From assembly GCF_009914755.1 (NCBI RefSeq), contig NC_060934.1: a stretch of DNA of 64,000 bases; one strand, 5' to 3'. Each line of letters opens with the position of its first letter. The first letter of the stretch is position 1. The notes beneath the pieces were generated by a model. That model was not told the DNA's origin, made no database searches, and saw only the letters and a list, made by a program, of their open reading frames with translations. Shown piece by piece: positions 54,970-64,000 of this stretch. The position numbers and the translations under genes were made by a program. The stretch is from the human T2T-CHM13v2.0 reference genome, Homo sapiens.

Positions 54970-56597
54970 TTAAAAATACAGTTCCATATACTTCCATTAA
55001 AAGAAGATGATAAAATGTGTGTTTTATGATGAGTAAAGGAGCAAGACAACAATAATCTATTCTAAGCATTTATAGATGAATAAATTTTATGTGGACCTTA
55101 TACAGTTTCAATAAAGTTAGTAAATTGTTACATGTATCTTGGAAGAAAATATCACATCCCAGTTAAATTTATTATAGGTATATGGTGTTTATTGAATCAT
55201 TTTTATGTATTAGAGATGTAAATCTTACCAGAAATAAGCCAATATACTAGAAATATTTACATAAATAAAACAAATATAATTTTTCTTTTATTTTACAACT
55301 CTTCCCAGAGTTAATACTTGACGTAAATAAATGAACTGAAAATAATGTGACTCAATATTTATTTGATCTTATATTTGAAATTGTTTTTTGAAAAAAAATC
55401 ATAAATACCACTTTACTAATAAGAATAACATCTCACCTATTTGAGAGTTTCAGGAGACAAATATGTGCCCCTCAAACGTAATTATTTGAATGATTAAAAA
55501 TAGAATATTAAAATATGCCTGTAAAAACTAATGATTAATTTATCAATTCATTCTTGAATAAGTGGATGCTCATTGTATTCTTTTGATCCTTTGCTATGGT
55601 AAACTCATGAGATCAGCAATTATTAAAATCACGGTGACTACTAATTTTCTTCCTACAAGCCACTTTCAGCAGGATTATTTCTTATAAAGCTGAAATAAAA
55701 AGACTTGGGGAGTCAGAAAAGTATGGCTTTATGACGGTAAATAAGAAACTGTCCTAAAACAAAAAGAAGTTTTTATTAGTGACATTTTAAAACATGGCTT
55801 TGAGGACTGTAAATGTGCCCACTCCAGATTCTTAGCTCTTTATTAGAAGGCTTCTGTATTCAAGGTTTTGGGGCATTGACTAATTAATTCATCCTTGCAA
55901 TACCACTGAGAAATAGGCAAACAAGTCAAATGGGAATTGGGTATATTTAGGATTATAATTCCTGTGTTATTAAAAAAGAATTAGCAGAGATTGTAATAAT
56001 TAGTGTGAAAATGGATAGCAATTAACATAGGAAAAATATGTAAAGAAGGCAAGAAGAGGTGTAGGCACACTCAGAAATCTAGGAGTATGACCTGAATGAG
56101 TCTGATAGTCTGTTGCCCCGAGAAATTGTAATGGGGTATGTTTTGGGAAAGCATGATGTGGCCTTAAGGCACAGTCATATATGGATGTAGGTGCCATAAA
56201 TTTACTGCAAACCACCTGGACTCTGTACGCTTTGACCAAGTCTTCAAAAAATGTTTCATAAATTTATTTTCTACCATATGAAGACGTAATACTTTTTTTG
56301 TTTGGCTCAAAGTTACCATTCCCCCTTCTTTTGAATAGTTAACTGTTTTCCATAGATTTTAAGAAATTAGTTAGCAAATTCAGTCGATTTTGTTTATGCC
56401 TTTTATGTTCTTTAATATTTTACTTCTGAGCTTTTGTTTTCTATTTTGTCAAGCCTCTTAATCCATTTATTGGGTCTTCCCACCACCATTTTCTTGAATC
56501 TTTTTTTTTTCTTTCATGTTAAATATTTCTTAAAGGATGAAATCCAAGAGCACATAATGTTTACACTGTAGTAATTACACCATTGTTTCAGTATTAC

Positions 56598-56871
56598 ATT
56601 TCTTTTCTTTTTTTTTTTTTTGAGACAGAGTCTTGCTCTGTCACCCAGGCTGGAGTGCAGTGGTGTGATCTTGGCTCACTGAAAGCTCCACCTCCCGGGT
56701 TCATGCCATTCTCCTGCCTCAGCCTCCCGAATAGCTAGGACTACAGGCGCCCACCACCACGCCCATCTAATTTTTTGTATTTTTAGTAGAGATGGGGTTT
56801 CACCGTGTTAGCCAGGATGGTCTCGATCTCCTGACCTTGCGATCCGCCTACCTTGGCCTCCCAAAGTGCTG
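56598..56871 (-). mobile_element. AluY SINE lacking about 30 nt at its 5' end
   Basis: Y diagnostics: aagctcc, ccattctcc, caccgtgttagccaggatggtctcgatctcc. Confidence 0.94.
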
Positions 56872-57199
56872 TGATTTTTTCTTTGACATTGCTTTTTATG
56901 ACAATGCCCAGGGTTCTGTTAGCCTTTTTGGTTGCAGAAGAGTCCTTTGTTTTATATACTATTTGGGGTCATTTATTATTTAATAAAGGATGCATAACTA
57001 ATTAGTGACACAGCAAAGTTTCTCACTCACAGCTAACCAAAATAGCTCTTCTTCCTGCATTCATAATCTCAATTGGTGACCTGTGGTTCACCAGTCAACC
57101 AGCTAGAAATCTTAGAAACCTGTGCTTGACTCCAGATGTCTCTCACTCACTCCCAACTTTTAAGCCCAATTAATCACAAAGTCCTTCCTGTAGGATTGG

Positions 57200-57514
57200 A
57201 AAGATGAATGTCCCAGCCTCCTGACCTCCAGTGAAATGATTCCGGGCATGTTTTTGCTTTGTTTTGTTTTTGTTTTTTGTTTTGTTTGTTTGGTTTTTTT
57301 TCTCTACTTTTGCTCAGTCCATGGGGACTGAGGCCCAACTGGCTATAATGATAACATGTCCAACACTGTACCTGCTATTGTTTTTTTCTCTTTTCCTTGT
57401 CTCACTTTTCCTAGTTCCTTGAGCAAGTGCCATCTGGGATCACCTTCCAAATAAACTGTCTGCCCCTAAGTCCTTATATCAAGATTGGCTTTAGGGGTAA
57501 TCCAAACTAAGCCA
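57200..57514 (+). mobile_element. LTR16-family ERVL LTR, 3' part
   Basis: ctgggatcaccttccaaataaact...tccaaactaagcca. Confidence 0.7.
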
Positions 57515-57813
57515 AGGCTTAAAGAATATGGAAGCCATGACTGACCAAGGTTGAGAGAATATTGTTGTCAGAAGGGATGTCATGTGTATGTACCACAGAC
57601 AAGAGCTAAGGGTAGCAAGTGCAAGGAACTAAAAGTTGTTGCCTATGGCTGGCTGGAGCAGAGAGTATGAGGGCAAAAGTTGTCAAGTAGCAGGGACTAG
57701 TTCATGGTGTGCCCTAGAACTCATGTTCACCATGTTGGTGTGACTCTCAGTGAAAATGGAATTCTAGATTGAATGATTTCAAGTGGGGGAGTGATATGCT
57801 AGGTAATATAGAG

Positions 57814-58328
57814 CAGCAAGCCCCAACTATTTTGGCACCAGGAACCAGTTTCATGAAAGGTGGTTTTTCCACAGAGGGTAGGAGGGGATGGTTTTGGGAT
57901 GATTCAGGCACATTGCATTTATCGTGCACTTTATTTCTATTATTATTACATTATAATATATAGTGAAATGATTATACAACTCACCATAATATAAAATCAG
58001 TGGGAGTCCTGAGCTTGTTTTCCTGTAACTAGAAGGTCCCATCTGAGGGCAATGGATGACAGTGATGGATCATCAGGAATCAGATCTCATAAGGAGCATG
58101 CAACCTAGATCCCTCGCATGTGCAGTTCACAATAGGGCTCACGCTCCTATGAGAATCTAATGCTGCCAGTGCTGATCTGACAGGAGGCAGAGCTCAGGTG
58201 GTAACGCAAGCCATGGGGAGTGGCTGTAAATACTGACGAAGCTTCCCTGGGTTGCCTGCTGCTCACCTGCTGCTGTGTAGCCCAGTTCCTAACAGGTCAT
58301 GGCCTGTGGCCTGGGAGTTGAGGCCCCG
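57814..58328 (+). mobile_element. MER1A hAT-Charlie DNA transposon inserted in an L2 remnant
   Basis: ccccaactattttggcaccagg...cctagatccctcgcatgtgcagttcacaatagg...ctcctatgagaatctaatgc; TSD-like tagag on both sides. Confidence 0.9.
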
Positions 58329-59371
58329 GCTTAGAGAATGAATTTAAAGAGAAGTAGAGCCATGACACTTCTGAGGAAGTTATTGCAATGATAGTGACCG
58401 ATGTTTGGAGAAGAGTATCAGTAGCGACTGGCAAGAAATGAATGGATTACACAACTGTTTAGCAGACAGTATCTTCCTAGATTGCCATCATGATTCCATA
58501 TCAGAGTGAAGCAGACGATAGTGGTAACTAAGGAAAACTGGTCATTTCAATAGGGGAGCATTTCAGTCACTGGTGTTGCTCTTCAGAATTCTTGAAGCAT
58601 TTGCAAATTCCCTTTGAAGATCTATTTGTCCTCAAGAAAAGGTCTTTAACTTATATCTTAATCTAATTCCAAACATATTTGAATACTTGCAGTGGCTGAG
58701 AAACTCATGTCATAGCGTTTTGGTTGATATTTGGTGGTAATTGATAGGGTTCATTAGAGATACATGTTTAAATCAAACTCTGACTCTGAAAGTGAGAATG
58801 CATAAGGTAAATTTTACCAATTTACTGATAAGCATGGAAATAAATTAGAATGATGGAAAACAATATAATAAGCAAGTGCTTTTATAAAATTATTCCTTAC
58901 ATCTTTGAGATAAATGATCCTGCCATTGAACTCTTCCTTCATTTTAGGGTTCTTAGTGACCACTTATTTCAGTTAGCTCTGTGAAAATGAGTTTTGTTGT
59001 TCCTGTTAGTCAGCACAAAATAAAAGTGATCATAAACCTTTTATGAAGATGAGGCTTGCATTAAAAAGAAAACCTAATTGAAAGTCGCTTTAAATTTTGA
59101 GTGATTAATTTCATGCCAAATAAGTAATTAGAAATCGTGATGGCTATAAAAAAGCAATTATTTGCAAAATGGGAAAAAGCTAAATTCAATCTAGATATAC
59201 TTTTCTACATTTAAAATTTGTGTATTGGGAGAGATATAATATAGCAATTGTGGAATTTTAATGTAATAGCCTGTTATTATAGGTAGTTTGTACATGTGTG
59301 CTGTTGGGCTCTCAACCAGCTAATTACTTTCCTTCTGGATACTTTTATTTCAGTTGATCATCTGTATTATA

Positions 59372-59414
59372 TTAGGTTGGTGCAAAAGTAATTGCGGTTT
59401 TTGCCATTACTTTT
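59372..59414 (+). mobile_element. Half MADE1 (Hsmar1-derived MITE): one intact TIR plus spacer
   Basis: ttaggttggtgcaaaagtaattgcggtttttgccattactttt, preceded by TA. Confidence 0.92.
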
Positions 59415-59785
59415 AGTGTTTCTCTTGTTTCTTGCCTGATAATAATATATCTACTTAATATCATTTCAAACATATAAAAAAGATTAGGATTTTTAATATG
59501 TTTTGGGTTTTAACATTTTAATATATATTTTTTAAAAAAATAGACACTATATACCTGTTGAGTTAAATATTAAGAGCTAAAGTTCGTGGCCCCATTTTAG
59601 GAAAACAAAGGGTGCAATCCAGGAACTTTCTCCCTGAGTCTCTGTAATTTACTCCAAACCAAGTAAAAGTAGGTCTCCAGTAACCAATATTATTTATCCT
59701 AGAACTCTTGTGTTTCTAAGAGTGGACACAATATGCTAAATTTGGAGAGCTGATTGTATTTGAAACATGAAAATGTCTGCAGGTC

Positions 59786-60086
59786 AGCCGGGCATGGTGG
59801 CTCACGCCTGTAATCCAGGCACTTTGGGAGGCTGAGGCAGGTGGATCACCTAAGGTCAGGAGTTCGAGACCAGCCCGGCCAACATGGCGAAACCCCATCT
59901 CTACTAAAAATACAATAAATTAGTCTGGCATGGTGGCTGGCACCTGTAATCCCAGCTACTTGGGAGGTTGAGGCAGGAGAATTGTTTGAACCCAGGTGGG
60001 CAGAGGTTTCAGTGAGCCGAGATTGCGTCACTTCACTCCAGCCTGGGCAAAACAGAGAAACTCCGACTCAAAAAAAAAAAAAAAAA
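59786..60086 (+). mobile_element. AluSx/Sq-like SINE
   Basis: Full two-arm Alu with A17 tail; TSD tctgcaggtc. Confidence 0.96.
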
Positions 60087-60482
60087 TTCTGCAGGTCTAG
60101 ATCCACCAGTGCAAGACATCTTCTTCCGTGAAACTGCTTTTCATTATGGGATGTATAGAAAACAAATTAAAAATGTAATAATGTAACGTAAAATCTATTT
60201 TGATTTTTAATCCAATGAATCTTGACCTAACATGCTCTACTATTTTGGAGGAACTAGTCAAACTAAAAAGAACCTCAGAATAAGTTGCTCATCATCAAGA
60301 CTGAACTGATTATTCAGTGGACAACTAAAATGCCGTGGTGATGTTAACTTTATTCTTTTCACATACTTCAAAACTTTAATTACCAGAAAAAATATTCTTT
60401 AGTACGACCGAGGACTCAGGTTTTAAAAGAGAACTACAATAATTATGGGGTAAAGTAGAAGCATCATTTTTGTTTTAAGTGA

Positions 60483-60647
<165 letters not shown>

Positions 60648-60973
60648 TAAGTAATCTATGGTTTGACTGCAGTTATTATTTTTAAGTTACTCTATATTTC
60701 AAGATGGATATTTATTGAGAAAACCATTGTGTTTTATCACAAAGTCATAGGTATAAATAAAACCAAAGAAAGGGTATGGTTATTGGAAAAACTTCTCAGC
60801 AGACAAAAAAAGTATTTATAATAATTTTCAACCTAGATCACCTCTGCTTTTCTTCTAAATTTTAATTCATTTTTGGTAGTGTGGTAAGACTGTCCAAATG
60901 GCAGAAATTGGAATAGAGATAGAAGGAAAGGCTGCTTAATGAAACTGCTGGTGATCTTAAATTTTCTTTTAAT

Positions 60974-61065
60974 GTATATAGTTGCTATATATATATTATA
61001 TATATATAATATATATTTACATATATATGCACTTACACACATATATATATACACAAAAACACACA
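60974..61065. repeat. Degenerate (TA)n/(CA)n repeat
   Basis: tatatatatattatatatatataat...acacac. Confidence 0.8.
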
Positions 61066-61762
61066 ACCATATGTGCATTAGCTTTGATCATTTTTTTTCC
61101 TTGAGTGTTACCTATTTTGATTGACAACTCATTTGAGAGTCTTCAAATAAAGCTGAAATCCAGCTCAAATTTTTAAAATTTTATTTTTCTCCACAAGCTT
61201 GGAGGTTAGTTTAGAGATTAGCAATATCCTAGCAAAGTAATTATCATTCTTTATTGTACATCTCAGAAGTCAGAAATATTTTAGTCTTCAAGCGCTACTA
61301 GAAGCGATAAGGAAAATGCCAGGGAATATCCCTGTAGGCTTTATGATGCAGGGGTAGGGAAGAAGGAGAAAAACACATAAAAATGGAACAGTAAGTAAAG
61401 AAGTAATTGAAAGAAATTCCATAGGTGTACAAAGAGGCTGTGAGCATCTATGCCCAAAGCACCATAGACAGAGTCTCTTTCCTTCACTGAATCTTACCAG
61501 GGGTCTTCTGGATGGTGTGGAGACCATGTTAAGTATTGCCATTTTTTGCCATACTTTAATATAAGACCTAGAAGATATTTAGGATTCAGAAGAAGATTTG
61601 TAATCAGAAATATCAACAAGTAACTGGAAGTTTTTTGAGCACCAACTCTGAGTGATGGTAAATAAGTCTACCACTGCCTTAGAGGTGTGTAGCTTAGTGG
61701 AATATTAGGCAAAGTGAAGGAGAATATGGGGAATTGCTTAGGAAATACAAATGATGAAATAT

Positions 61763-62244
<482 letters not shown>

Positions 62245-63724
62245 AAATACAAATGATAAGCTATGGGTTTCCAGGGATGATATAACTGAGACATCTATGA
62301 GTTTCAAGTGAGAGTTGTTTAAGACTATAGAAAAATTGTTGTTCAAAGTTTTTCTTGAGGATGTCAGAATTTCTACGGTTGTGTAGAGAAGGAAGAGAGG
62401 ATCACAGAGAGGAAGATCCTGAGTAAATATACAGATGAGGAGAATGGTAGGGTATATTTGGGATAGTAAATAATTGAGTTTGAGTTATGTCAATGGTATC
62501 TTTACCAAAAAATGTGGCATGTTAAGATTGGAAAAGTAGGTTGGGACAATTTTACAAAATGCCATAAGGGATAGTTCGAGTCATTAGTCCTTAAGTAATA
62601 AACTTTAAGAAGATGAATATAGATGTGTGTATAATACATTAAAGTGTAGAAAGACTGAAGTTAGTACATTTAACTGGAAGAATATTGCAACTATTTGTGT
62701 GAAAAATATTGAAGCCCTTGGTGATTTTGTTGCTTCAACCCAAGGAAAAGGAATCATACTATTGGTACCAAATACAGAGTCAAGAAACACTGGCTTTAGG
62801 GAGAACCAGTGACTTCAATAGTGAAACTTAAATTTTGTGTGAAAATAAAAAGGAATATATCTAAATGAAATTGCTCACAAGAAGTATGTCTTTTGACCTC
62901 ATCGGATATATCCAGTATAGTGCCAGGCATTTAATTAATTTTGTTGAAGGGTTAAATGAAAAGGGAAGAGGAAAATTGAAAGGTGGCCCCAATAAGCCAT
63001 GAATCATATCCTGTCCACTCATGTCATAAAATATAATAGAAATATGGTGATTCTAAAATACCGACATTAGGCATGTTTTCTGAAATTTAGGTGAACAGTG
63101 TTCTATTGAATTTTTCAAAAAGTTAACTATGAACCATATGTGCTTAAAATGTGTACACACAGTGTAAAAATAATGACAGCTTTGCATTTTCAATTTCTCA
63201 AATTGTTTTATCTTTAAAACTCATGTCAGCAATTCAGCCAATATGAAGTAAGATTTCTCCTAGCGGAACTGGCAGGATCAAACCCAACCAGATAGCTACA
63301 TCATCCTTGCGATTTCAAAGTGCCGTTTTCCTTTGTAAAGATCCTCAAAATAAGTGAAAAAAAAAAACCTAGCATCCTGAATGATCTCTATCTTCTTTGA
63401 AGAAAACACTAATGTAAAGACACTCCTTTTGTTTCTCTACTTAAAACACACTAGCACGCAACTTGCATATAACAATCTGTGCTCTATTTAAAGAGGCAGA
63501 GTCAAGATAATCTACACATTGACCTGGGTGTCTTCAAAATGAAACCTGAGTCTCATGTAAAAGGTTCCAGCAAAATACATAGCTTGCTTGCTCTTTCTTT
63601 GTTCATTTCATTCAATCAGTGTTTCTTGAGCCCCTACAAAACACAAAGCACAAGATGCGTCATTATATACAGAGAAGGATAAGCTAAGTTCAGGAGCTTA
63701 GAGTCAAAAAAGAGGAAGGGGTGT

Positions 63725-64000
63725 TGATATGGTTTGGCTGTGTCCCCAGTCAAATCTCATCTTAAACTGTGGCTCCCGTAATTCCCATATGTTGTGGGAG
63801 GGACCACGTGGGAGGTAATTGAATCATGGGGGCAGGTCTTTCCTGTGCTGTTCTCATGATTAGTGAATAAGTCTCAGGAGATCTGATGATTTTATAAAGG
63901 GGAGTTCCCCTGCACACACCCTCTCTTGCTTGCCACCATGTAAGACATGCCTTTACTCCTCCTTTGCTTTCTGCCATGATTGTGAGGCCTCCCCAGCCAT
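63725..64000 (+). mobile_element. THE1B-like MaLR LTR, cut by the window end
   Basis: tgatatggtttggctgtgtcccc...gattgtgaggcctccccagccat. Confidence 0.93.

Noticed and set aside
58373-58389. PU.1 motif next to a C/EBP-like motif
   Set aside because: Lies in a decayed L2 remnant and has no other support from the sequence.

Overview
This is human (or closely related primate) genomic DNA lying entirely inside the + strand gene PLXDC2 (plexin domain-containing 2, TEM7R). Two coding exons are recognisable: 39281-39427 (147 nt, [49 protein letters not shown]) and 60552-60621 (70 nt, [24 protein letters not shown]). They splice in frame across a 21,124-nt GT-AG intron and are probably exons 3 and 4. 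The rest is AT-rich intron dense in interspersed repeats: about 16 Alu/FLAM copies, several 5'-truncated L1s, THE1/MST/MLT1 MaLR LTRs, ERV1/ERVL LTRs, hAT and mariner/Tigger fossils, MIR/L2 and simple repeats. Nearly all ORFs in the supplied track are spurious. I found no convincing new multi-gene system. The best leads are: an L1 insertion with a short 3' transduction; an 85-nt nested-palindrome hairpin; a 32-bp VNTR with a hairpin in every unit; a ~300-bp local duplication ending in a decoy acceptor or possible 3-nt microexon just upstream of the skippable 147-nt exon; inverted Alu/L1 copies bracketing both exons (circRNA-type layout); a perfect Hsmar1 TIR/miR-548 half-MADE1; and a trimeric AluJ. 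Repeat subfamily calls are from recalled consensus sequences, not a database search.
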